DNA of 64,000 nt from Puniceicoccaceae bacterium. GTDB lineage: Bacteria; Verrucomicrobiota; Verrucomicrobiia; Opitutales; Coraliomargaritaceae. The notes below the pieces were generated by a model that was not told the DNA's origin, did not search any database, and saw nothing but the letters and a program-made list of their open reading frames with translations. Position 1 is the stretch's first letter; each line of letters starts with the position of its first letter. The translations under genes and the position numbers were made by a program. The stretch covers positions 778 through 64,777 of the forward strand of contig QOOZ01000044.1 of the NCBI GenBank assembly GCA_003331195.1. Direction: 5' to 3'. This document shows, in pieces, positions 56,166-64,000 of this stretch.

Positions 56166-57335
56166 ATGAAAAACACTGGACTCGAAAAAATACTTGGGCG
56201 GATCGAAGATCTTGATTCAGTGAATTTGGGAATCCTCGTGCAGCGTCTTGCTCGCGAGCGCAAGATGCAGGAGACTGTATTCAATACGATTCAAGATGGT
56301 GTTATTGTGATCGATTCGGATGGAGTGGTGCAATATGCAAACGATGCAGCCCTAGGATTGATTGGCCTCAAGGAAAACGATATCGGTGTCATTAGACTCT
56401 GGAAAATGGTGCCCGATTTAGCCAAATCGATCAATCTTGAAGAAGTTAAGGGTAAAAAGAAATCGGCTCCCGTTCTCTCGCGTGAGATAGAACTTAATTA
56501 CCCCGAGCATCGCGTGGTGCGTCTCTACATGGTACCTATCGATGCTCAAGTTGGCCATGATGATAGTGGTGGTTACGTTATCGTTCTGTCCGACGTAACT
56601 GAAGAACGCGTTTCGATGGAGGAGCGGATCGAAAGTGAGCGTATCGATTCTATCGTTCGTTTAGCCGCAGGCGTAGCGCACGAACTTGGAAACCCGCTTA
56701 ATTCTTTGACGATTCACTTACAGCTAATTGAGCGCAAGATCAAGAAACTAAGTGAGCAGGCAGACGCCGCTAAATTGGCCGAGTCCTTGCTGGTGTGCCA
56801 AGGAGAGGTGGAGCGACTCGATGGCATCATTACCCACTTTCTCGAAGCAGTGCGACCGCAGAAGCCTGAGTTAAATGAGCTTGATTTGCTAAGGCTCGTT
56901 GAGGAAGTACTGCGCGTGCAGGAGGCAGAATTGAGCGACCGTAAACTTGGTGTAAAAGTCGAATTCAGTGAAGAATTACCCACGATTCTCGGTGACAGCG
57001 ATCAAATTAAGCAGGTCTTTTTTAATCTAATCAAAAATGCGATGGAAGCCATGCAGCCTAATGGAAGTCTGCGAATCATTGCACGTCGTGACGACGACTA
57101 CGTTTATCTGCAATTTGTTGATACGGGCTCAGGCATTTCTGGGGAGGATCTTTCCAAGGTTTTTCAAGCCTACTACACGACTAAAAAGGGAGGCCACGGC
57201 CTTGGCATGATGATTGTTGAGCGCATTATTCGTGCACACGGTGGGCATATCAACATTGAGTCGAGAAAAGAGGCGGGCACAGCCATAACCTTGCAGTTCC
57301 CTCAGCAGCATCGGCGAGCAAGGCTACTTGAGTAA
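56166..57335 (+). CDS. Cytoplasmic PAS-domain sensor histidine kinase (NtrB-like)
   Basis: PAS domain ([16 protein letters not shown]), AHELGNPL H-box, N, G1 (DTGSG) and G2 (GHGLG) boxes. Confidence 0.93.
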   Translation: MKNTGLEKILGRIEDLDSVNLGILVQRLARERKMQETVFNTIQDGVIVIDSDGVVQYANDAALGLIGLKENDIGVIRLWKMVPDLAKSINLEEVKGKKKSAPVLSREIELNYPEHRVVRLYMVPIDAQVGHDDSGGYVIVLSDVTEERVSMEERIESERIDSIVRLAAGVAHELGNPLNSLTIHLQLIERKIKKLSEQADAAKLAESLLVCQGEVERLDGIITHFLEAVRPQKPELNELDLLRLVEEVLRVQEAELSDRKLGVKVEFSEELPTILGDSDQIKQVFFNLIKNAMEAMQPNGSLRIIARRDDDYVYLQFVDTGSGISGEDLSKVFQAYYTTKKGGHGLGMMIVERIIRAHGGHINIESRKEAGTAITLQFPQQHRRARLLE

Positions 57336-57468
57336 GTAGGGTTTACATATTTTGGTGAGCTCAGATGTATTCCTACTATCTGAGACTGAGTGATTTTTTG
57401 TTATTCTGGGGGACGGCATTTCGAAAAGGTTGACATTATTCAGCCGCGAATTACATCAGTTATATCTG

Positions 57469-58071
57469 ATGAGTACTGCTCCAAAATATCGAGTTTTGGT
57501 TTTGAACCGGTTATGGCAGCCAGTTAACATCGTTGGCGTTGAGCGAGCTTTTAGCCTACTGCTTCAAGACCACGCGCAGGTTATCTACACTGGGGACGAG
57601 AATTTCCGTTTGATGGACTCATCTGCTTGGTTGGAACTCTCCCAGGAAGCGTCTCCTGAGGTCAATGAGCCCTGCATTCAGACTGTTCGTTTACGGATAC
57701 GAATGCCCAAGGTCCTGCTACTCCGCAGCTATGACAAGTTACCAACTCAGGAAATTAAATTCACACGAAACAATCTCTTTGAACGCGATGATTATCGCTG
57801 TCAATATTGCGGTAATCACTTTGATGCGGTGCATTTAAATATGGACCACGTAATCCCTCGTGATATCGGTGGGCGAACCTCTTGGGAAAATATTGTTACA
57901 TCATGTATTAAGTGTAATTCACGCAAAGCGAACCGTCTGCCACATCAGGCAAACATGCACCTCATACGTAAGCCCGAGCGCCCGAAGTGGCGGCCATTTG
58001 TTAGTTCTTTGATTGGGCAAAGCTATGACTCGGATTGGGACCATTTTATTAATTTGAAGAAGCCAGCGTAA
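57469..58071 (+). CDS. HNH endonuclease (McrA-like)
   Basis: VLVLN, RDDYRCQYCG, DHVIPR..GG, WENIVTSCIKCN.RK. Confidence 0.92.
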   Translation: MSTAPKYRVLVLNRLWQPVNIVGVERAFSLLLQDHAQVIYTGDENFRLMDSSAWLELSQEASPEVNEPCIQTVRLRIRMPKVLLLRSYDKLPTQEIKFTRNNLFERDDYRCQYCGNHFDAVHLNMDHVIPRDIGGRTSWENIVTSCIKCNSRKANRLPHQANMHLIRKPERPKWRPFVSSLIGQSYDSDWDHFINLKKPA

Positions 58072-58172
58072 GTCTTGGATTTCAGATTTATATGGCTGCA
58101 TTCTGAAATCCGCCCAGCCGGAACACCCACTAATACGAAATAAATAGCTAAAGTATGCTTCCAGTAGCGAAA

Positions 58173-58259
58173 CTAAAACAGCCAAAATCCAACAACCGCC
58201 AAGATGAGAATCAGTAGGATTACGGAGAGGCTTTTACGTTCTTGGCTGGTCAGTCGCAT
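58173..58259 (-). CDS. 28-aa single-TM small protein (not in the ORF track)
   Basis: Translated by hand: MRLTSQERKSLSVILLILILAVVGFWLF*. Confidence 0.55.
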   Translation of the reverse strand: MRLTSQERKSLSVILLILILAVVGFWLF

Positions 58260-58435
58260 GTTTTAAAATGTAGGCAATTTCACCCTTACGGACAATACTT
58301 TTAGTCACGAATATTAGCGGTAATCTCAGTGTTATTCTCATTAATTTCTGATTTCTCGATTTAATATTAATAAGCGATTTATTTACGAAACAGTCTGAGA
58401 TTGAGTTCTTTCGATAAGTCTATTGAGTTTGAAGT

Positions 58436-58999
58436 ATGAAAATATTTGTCCCCTTACTGTTTACTTTTACGATCCTAACTTGCTTCACTGCTTGTTTAAG
58501 TACAACGCCTTACGGAGAGTTCGTCAAAACGATCAATTTTAGTTCACTAGATACCTTCAGTTATAAGCATACGCTCACTACGGGCATGGATTTCCGTAAG
58601 TCCGATGAACTCTTACTCGAAGAGCTATCCGAGCAAGTAGTTGTCAGTCAGTTAGAAGAAAGGGGTTTTGAACCTACCGACGTCGACGCTGATTTTTTCG
58701 CTGTAGTTAAATGGAAAAAGTCAGTGACTTACTGTGCAAACCCCTTTGACCACATTGATCCCTACAACGAGGTCATCGCTCGCCGAGGTGATCCAAACAG
58801 TCGACTTGCCTCACGTTTACACCTGACTCTTGAAATCTACGAGAGCAGTACCCGCAATCTTTTTTGGCGAAACGAACTTCCTAACATTTTCGGCGCGCTA
58901 CAGCTAACGGAAGAGCGAGTTAATGATTCGCTCAAGTTAGCGATCAAGAATTTTCCCCAACATATTGCTAAGGACCCTAACTTGCCGAGCATCCACTAA
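58436..58999 (+). CDS. DUF4136-like lipoprotein
   Basis: Lipobox FTAC; NFSSLDTFSY, LEERGF, LTLEIYE....LFWR, IKNFP. Confidence 0.72.
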   Translation: MKIFVPLLFTFTILTCFTACLSTTPYGEFVKTINFSSLDTFSYKHTLTTGMDFRKSDELLLEELSEQVVVSQLEERGFEPTDVDADFFAVVKWKKSVTYCANPFDHIDPYNEVIARRGDPNSRLASRLHLTLEIYESSTRNLFWRNELPNIFGALQLTEERVNDSLKLAIKNFPQHIAKDPNLPSIH

Positions 59000-59014
59000 C
59001 CCTGTCACTTTTTA

Positions 59015-59761
59015 TTATAGGTCTGCAAGGAAGGTGTGAATGGCCATTTTTACGGGATCACATTGTTCAAGATGGGGCATGTGCGATGCATCTGATACGG
59101 TAAAATGGGAGGCGTGAGGCAAGACAGCCTGCATGCGCTGAGCAATGTTTGTGTATTTCGTGTCTTTTTCGCCAGTTATGAGTAGTGCAGGCATAGTCAG
59201 TTTGGCTAGTTCTGGCCAGAGGTTAGGTGCATTGCCCTGGCCGAATTGGCATAAACTTTTGGCTAGGCCTATGCTAGTGTTTTTTAGGCGATTAGCCTGC
59301 ATGGAGGCCTGCAGATCACCTGCTATGTTCTTTTGGCTCCGTATCAGGGGCGTTTCTTGCCAGAATTCTAGGAATTCTTGCATGCCAAGTCGCTCAATGG
59401 AATCTGCGAGTTCGGCGTCTGCAATGCGACGACTAGCCCGCTCGGTCTCGTCTTCAATACCAGGGGTAGCGCTGATCAGGATGAGTGCATCCCATACTTC
59501 GGGGTAATACGCCGCATGAAGAAGAGCGGCTCTTGCACCCATCGAATAGCCCAAGAGAATTTTTTGAGTAGTGGCTGGTGACTGATGATGGGTAATTACC
59601 TTGTTGATGCAATCAACAGTGCCTTGTGGAGAGCAGTCTATCTGAGATTCGGGGCCATGTCCTGGCAGAGCGGGGCAGTGCCATTCGCCGCCGACTTCTT
59701 GCGCGAGTGGCGCGAAGTCAGCACCGCAACCAGTAAAGCCGTGTAGTGCTAGTATAGACAT
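59015..59761 (-). CDS. menH: SHCHC synthase-like alpha/beta hydrolase
   Basis: LHGFTG, LPGHG, GYSMGAR, PG....ER..R...D, FLEFW, GEKDTKY. Confidence 0.8.
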   Translation of the reverse strand: MSILALHGFTGCGADFAPLAQEVGGEWHCPALPGHGPESQIDCSPQGTVDCINKVITHHQSPATTQKILLGYSMGARAALLHAAYYPEVWDALILISATPGIEDETERASRRIADAELADSIERLGMQEFLEFWQETPLIRSQKNIAGDLQASMQANRLKNTSIGLAKSLCQFGQGNAPNLWPELAKLTMPALLITGEKDTKYTNIAQRMQAVLPHASHFTVSDASHMPHLEQCDPVKMAIHTFLADL

Positions 59762-59806
59762 CGCAAAGCAAATATTTAAAAATGGTCAGTGTAGAGTAAA
59801 ATACAG

Positions 59807-59833
59807 AAAGCGGCTACGTCTCAGAAGCCGCTT
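59807..59833 (-). terminator. Putative terminator downstream of the cyclophilin gene
   Basis: AAGCGGCT-10 nt-AGCCGCTT inverted repeat; weak U tract. Confidence 0.45.
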
Positions 59834-59909
59834 AAAATATTGTATAATCTATCTTCTCCTTAAGTTCATAGTTGGAGTGGGCGGTCCAGTCCATGATTCC
59901 TGACGTGAA

Positions 59910-60377
59910 CTACTCGCAGATTGTCGCGGATATGATCTTCTGCTCATCGATGGGGCGATCACCAGCACCTTTTTTGACACTTTCGAGTTTCTTGATGACG
60001 TCCATGCCTTCGGTGACTTCACCGAAGATGGTGTGGTTCATGTGAAGCCAAGGAGTGGCTGCTGTGGTGATAAAAAACTGGCTACCATTAGTGCCTGGGC
60101 CTGCGTTGGCCATAGCGAGTATTCCTGCCTTATCGAAATTTAGATCACGGGCGCATTCGTCTTCGAAGTTTTTGCCCCATATTGATTCACCTCCACGGCC
60201 TGTCCCTGTTGGGTCACCTCCTTGAATCATGAATTGTTCAATGATCCGGTGAAAGATGACGCCATTGTAGTAGCCATTCTTGCAGTGCGTAGTAAAGTTT
60301 TCACAGGTTTTGGGTGCGACGTCATTAAAGAGGTCGAATGTGATGGAGCCTTGGGTAGTTTCGAGTGTGACTTTCAT
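59910..60377 (-). CDS. Cyclophilin-type peptidyl-prolyl cis-trans isomerase
   Basis: FHRII..FMIQGGDPTGTG, AMANAG, NGSQFFIT, HTIFG. Confidence 0.97.
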   Translation of the reverse strand: MKVTLETTQGSITFDLFNDVAPKTCENFTTHCKNGYYNGVIFHRIIEQFMIQGGDPTGTGRGGESIWGKNFEDECARDLNFDKAGILAMANAGPGTNGSQFFITTAATPWLHMNHTIFGEVTEGMDVIKKLESVKKGAGDRPIDEQKIISATICE

Positions 60378-60438
60378 AGTTATATAAATTAGAGATTAGA
60401 ATTTAAGATTTAGGCGTTTGTAATACCCTAGAGTAAAC

Positions 60439-61968
60439 TCATTTCAGGTGAGAGATTGTTTCAACGACGAAATGTTTTAAGCTGGATTGAGTGGCCTCGA
60501 AAGCAACTGGAAGTTTAAGTTCTTTCATGGTTTTTGTGGTGAGAGGCCCGATACTACCGAAACTGGGTTTGCGCGCAGCAGGCTCTAGTGTGAGTGATTC
60601 GTGTTGCTCGACAAAAGATTTTACAGTAGAGGAACTGGTGAAGAGGACGGCATCGGCACCCTCCATGCGGAAGCGTTCGACAGAGGGTTCTTGGCTGAGG
60701 TCGGTTTTACTGGTTCGATAGAGGGGCAGGGTATCGACAATGGCACGGCCTTCGTCGGACTCTAGGCGCGCGACAAGATTATCGCGGTTTTGATTTCCTG
60801 TTACGACAAGTACCTGAACGCTTTCGACTCCTTCGTTTTCGATCAGTTCTTTGGCTAGGGCATCCGCATTAGCCTGTTTTGGCACGAGGTCGACCTTGAG
60901 CTTATGTTTCTCGATCTCGCGCGCGGTTGCGCTCCCTACAGCGGCTATACGCATAGGGCCGAGGCAGCGGATATCGTCGTAAGCTTTGTAGAAGAGGTCG
61001 AAGAAGTTCTTCACCCCATTCGCGCTAGTGAAGATGACCCATTCGTAAACAGCGATGCCTGCGAGGACTTCGCTCACTCGTTGGCCATCGAAATGTGGCT
61101 CTACTAAGATAAAAGGAAGCTCGATAATTTCAGCACCTTGATCGGCGAGCATTTGCGTGAGTTGACCAGCCTGCTCGCGGGCCCGTGTGACGACGATGCG
61201 TTTACCAAAGAGTGGGCGACCCTCAAACCATTCGGTTTTGGCCCGATGGGCAACGACATTGCCGATGATGATCATGGAGGGTGCCCCTAGACCGGAGGTT
61301 TCGAGATCATCTACAATGGTGTCTAGGGTGCCGTAAACGGAGCGTTGCCGGCTGAGTGTGGCCCATTCGACTATGGCGACGGGTGTGTCGCCAACCATGC
61401 CGCCTTCTTTTAACTCGGTAGTGATCCGTGGTAGTTGGCCGACGCCCATGTAGAGACAGAGTGTGCCTTTAATTTTTGCATACACCCTGAAGTCAATACT
61501 GAGCGTGTGTTTTTCCGGATTTTCGTGACCGGTTAAAAAGGTAATAGCTGAGCTGTAATTCCTGTGAGAGAGGGGAATGCCAGTATATGCGGCCGTGGCG
61601 AGAGCGGCAGTCACACCAGGGACGACTTCGAAGGGGATTTTATCGATTTGTAGCTCATTGATTTCTTCTCCACCTCGACCGAATACGTAGGGATCACCAC
61701 CTTTAAGGCGAACGACTTGTTTTCCCTTGTTGGCACGGTCAACGAGAATCTCTTCGATCTCATCCTGCGGGATGGAGTGGCGGCCTGCGCTCTTACCTAC
61801 GTAGATCTTCTCGGAATCCGGTTTTGTCCAATCGAGTAGTTTTGAATTAGCGAGATAGTCGTAAACGATGACATCAGCGAGTTCGATGAGTTCACGTGCT
61901 CGAACAGTAACGAGACCTGGATCACCAGGGCCTGCGCCGATTAGATAAACTTTTCCTTTTACTGACAT
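60439..61968 (-). CDS. cobA: Fused uroporphyrinogen-III C-methyltransferase / uroporphyrinogen-III synthase (CobA-HemD)
   Basis: GAGPGDP, RLKGGDP..FGRGGEE; [29 protein letters not shown]. Confidence 0.95.
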   Translation of the reverse strand: MSVKGKVYLIGAGPGDPGLVTVRARELIELADVIVYDYLANSKLLDWTKPDSEKIYVGKSAGRHSIPQDEIEEILVDRANKGKQVVRLKGGDPYVFGRGGEEINELQIDKIPFEVVPGVTAALATAAYTGIPLSHRNYSSAITFLTGHENPEKHTLSIDFRVYAKIKGTLCLYMGVGQLPRITTELKEGGMVGDTPVAIVEWATLSRQRSVYGTLDTIVDDLETSGLGAPSMIIIGNVVAHRAKTEWFEGRPLFGKRIVVTRAREQAGQLTQMLADQGAEIIELPFILVEPHFDGQRVSEVLAGIAVYEWVIFTSANGVKNFFDLFYKAYDDIRCLGPMRIAAVGSATAREIEKHKLKVDLVPKQANADALAKELIENEGVESVQVLVVTGNQNRDNLVARLESDEGRAIVDTLPLYRTSKTDLSQEPSVERFRMEGADAVLFTSSSTVKSFVEQHESLTLEPAARKPSFGSIGPLTTKTMKELKLPVAFEATQSSLKHFVVETISHLK

Positions 61969-61971
61969 ACT

Positions 61972-62829
61972 TTAAGTAATAGTGAGTTGCTCCATGACAA
62001 GATCGAGTTCCGGCTCAACCTGATCGAGTGCCGTTAGCGTGATCTCGAACGTGCGGTGCCCGACTTCTTGATGATAGATGCGAAAGACACCTTTTTTATA
62101 GTAAGCACCGACAGGGATCTGGCAACCGCTGCCGAGTCGTTTTAGGAAGGCTTTTTCTAAAGTGACGGCTAGTTTAGTGTCAGCGCAGAAGAGGTCTTTG
62201 TATTTGGCGAGGTCTTCGGTTCGGCACTGCACAGCAATGGCTGCTTGTCCAGGGGCGGGGACGACTTGTTCGACGGCTAGCTCAACGAACTCGAGGCCGT
62301 CGAAGGCTGCGATATCTAAGCGGTCGAGGCCGGCTCTAGCGAGTAGGCTAGCCTCACATTCGCCGGCTGCGATTTTACGCAGTCGAGTATCGACATTACC
62401 ACGGATCGTTGTCCATTTTGCTTCTGGATAAAGGAGCCCAACTTGAATTCGGCGACGTGGGCTACTGGAAGCGATGGTTTGTGGGTTGGGAGAGTCTTTG
62501 CGATGAACAAGGACGTCATTGACCCGAGCTCGTGGCAGATAGCCAGCGATGGCTAGTTCCTTGGGCAATGTCGTTGGCATGTCCTTCGCGCTGTGTATAG
62601 CAAGCTCGGCCCGTCCCTCGATAAGCGCATATTCCAGCTCTTTGGTAAAAAGCCCGATCCCGCCACGCTTTTCAAGTGACCAGTTCAGACGTTCGTCTAC
62701 TTTTGTAGAGAGCTCTAGACTCTCATAGCTTCCGTCAGGTAGCTTTTCTGCCAAGTATGCACGCACCAACTCTGTCTGCTTGAGAGCAAGCGGACTCTTG
62801 CGAGTTGCGATGAATGTAGTGGCAGTCAT
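61972..62829 (-). CDS. hemC: Hydroxymethylbilane synthase
   Basis: ATRKSPLAL.Q, GLFTKE, HSAKD, SS.RR, IRGNVDTRL, PAPGQ, GC..P. Confidence 0.95.
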   Translation of the reverse strand: MTATTFIATRKSPLALKQTELVRAYLAEKLPDGSYESLELSTKVDERLNWSLEKRGGIGLFTKELEYALIEGRAELAIHSAKDMPTTLPKELAIAGYLPRARVNDVLVHRKDSPNPQTIASSSPRRRIQVGLLYPEAKWTTIRGNVDTRLRKIAAGECEASLLARAGLDRLDIAAFDGLEFVELAVEQVVPAPGQAAIAVQCRTEDLAKYKDLFCADTKLAVTLEKAFLKRLGSGCQIPVGAYYKKGVFRIYHQEVGHRTFEITLTALDQVEPELDLVMEQLTIT

Positions 62830-62834
62830 AAACT

Positions 62835-62869
62835 AAAAAGCGATCGTCAGACTATTCCGACGACCGCTT
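62835..62869 (-). terminator. Rho-independent terminator of ilvC
   Basis: Minus strand AAGCGGTCGTCGG-loop-CTGACGATCGC followed by TTTTT. Confidence 0.7.
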
Positions 62870-62891
62870 AAAGTTTCAAATATGAAATTGC

Positions 62892-63920
62892 TTAGTTGTA
62901 GGAGGCTTGCGAACCACCAATATTGCGCTTTTTGACCCAAGGCATGAGCGAACGAAGGCGCTCGCCTGTCTTTTCGATTGGATGGTTTTGTCCGTCCTTG
63001 ATGAACTGCTTGTATCGTGGAAGGCCAGCCTTGTATTCATTAACCCAGTTCTTGGTGAATTTTCCATTTTGGATATCCTTGAGGATTGCCTTCATCGCCT
63101 TACGTGAGGATGCGTTGATTACTCGTGGGCCCGATATGTAGTCGCCCCATTCCGCTGTTTCGGAGATAGAGAAACGCATGCCAGAAACACCTGACTCAAC
63201 CATGAGGTCGACAATAAGCTTTAACTCGTGCAAGCACTCGAAGTAAGCCATTTCTGGTTGGTAGCCTGCTTCAACAAGTGTATCAAAGCCCGCCATGACG
63301 AGTTCCGAGGCACCACCGCAAAGAACCGCTTGCTCACCGAAGAGGTCGGTTTCGCATTCTTCCTTGAAAGTTGTTTGGATCACGCCTGCACGTGTGCCGC
63401 CAACGCCCTTTGCCCATGCAAGGGCAACTTTCTTTGCCTCACGGGAAGATCCCTTGTTGACCGCGATGAGAGCTGGAACTCCCTTACCTTCAACGTATTG
63501 ACTACGAACAATGTGTCCAGGGCCCTTAGGAGCGACCATGATAACGTCGATGCCCTTGGGTGCGTCGATTAGACCAAAATGAACGGCAAGGCCATGAGTG
63601 AAAGCCAGAGTTTTTCCTTTTTCTAAGTTAGGAAGGATATCGTTTTCGTAAACCTCAGCCTGCTTCATATCAGGCACGGCAATCATGATGACATCAGCAA
63701 GCTTTACAGCTTCAGAAGTTTCGTAAACTTTGAAACCTTGTTTGCGTGCGACGGGCGCGGACTTACTTTTTTTGTAGAGGCCAATGATTACATTGAGACC
63801 ACTGTCCTTAAGGTTTTGGGCGTGTGCGTGACCCTGGGAACCGTAACCAATGATGGCGAGGGTCTTTTTTTTGATGACTCGAAGGTCGGCGTCTTTATCT
63901 GTATAGACTTTAGCAGGCAT
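62892..63920 (-). CDS. ilvC: Ketol-acid reductoisomerase
   Basis: [43 protein letters not shown]. Confidence 0.99.
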   Translation of the reverse strand: MPAKVYTDKDADLRVIKKKTLAIIGYGSQGHAHAQNLKDSGLNVIIGLYKKSKSAPVARKQGFKVYETSEAVKLADVIMIAVPDMKQAEVYENDILPNLEKGKTLAFTHGLAVHFGLIDAPKGIDVIMVAPKGPGHIVRSQYVEGKGVPALIAVNKGSSREAKKVALAWAKGVGGTRAGVIQTTFKEECETDLFGEQAVLCGGASELVMAGFDTLVEAGYQPEMAYFECLHELKLIVDLMVESGVSGMRFSISETAEWGDYISGPRVINASSRKAMKAILKDIQNGKFTKNWVNEYKAGLPRYKQFIKDGQNHPIEKTGERLRSLMPWVKKRNIGGSQASYN

Positions 63921-64000
63921 ATTTATCGTTGTTTATGGAAGCCTTTCTTGCGCTCCCTGGTTAATGAAATTGTGACGTAGCGCAAAAGCGCGGAGATGGT

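Noticed and set aside
57469-58071. HNH nuclease as a defence system or homing element
   Set aside because: Solo widespread HNH type with no methylase, ATPase, intron or mobile context

Overview
A gene-dense bacterial window, most likely from a Verrucomicrobiota (Opitutales/Coraliomargarita-like) genome. This is inferred from a PEP-CTERM protein, mcsA-mcsB-clpC in a diderm, lpxI, a stand-alone coaB, single-cytochrome sdhCAB and a sulfatase/CAZyme cluster. The first ~4.5 kb is the edge of a glycan-utilisation locus (sulfatase, GH1, multimodular GH5). The rest is mostly housekeeping: a DEAD-box helicase, pyrG, sdhCAB, yicC, serA, plsY, ppdK, tatC, tlyA, an MscS channel, rsmJ, lpxI, leuS, ispA, ilvE, mcsAB-clpC, acs, coaB, menH, a cyclophilin, cobA-hemD, hemC and ilvC. 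The most notable block (28.2-35.8 kb) is an NhaR-like LysR divergent from a dabB-dabA inorganic-carbon pump, followed by an atypical SCO protein and a His-motif membrane-anchored protein. Features outside the ORF track include a 28-aa membrane smORF, two structured intergenic elements (23597-23731 and 46946-47071), a 15-bp sequence shared by two promoters, and very compact divergent or leaderless promoters. I saw no tRNA, rRNA, CRISPR array, IS element or prophage. All assignments come from motif recognition by eye; no database searches were run, and no new system can be established from the sequence alone.
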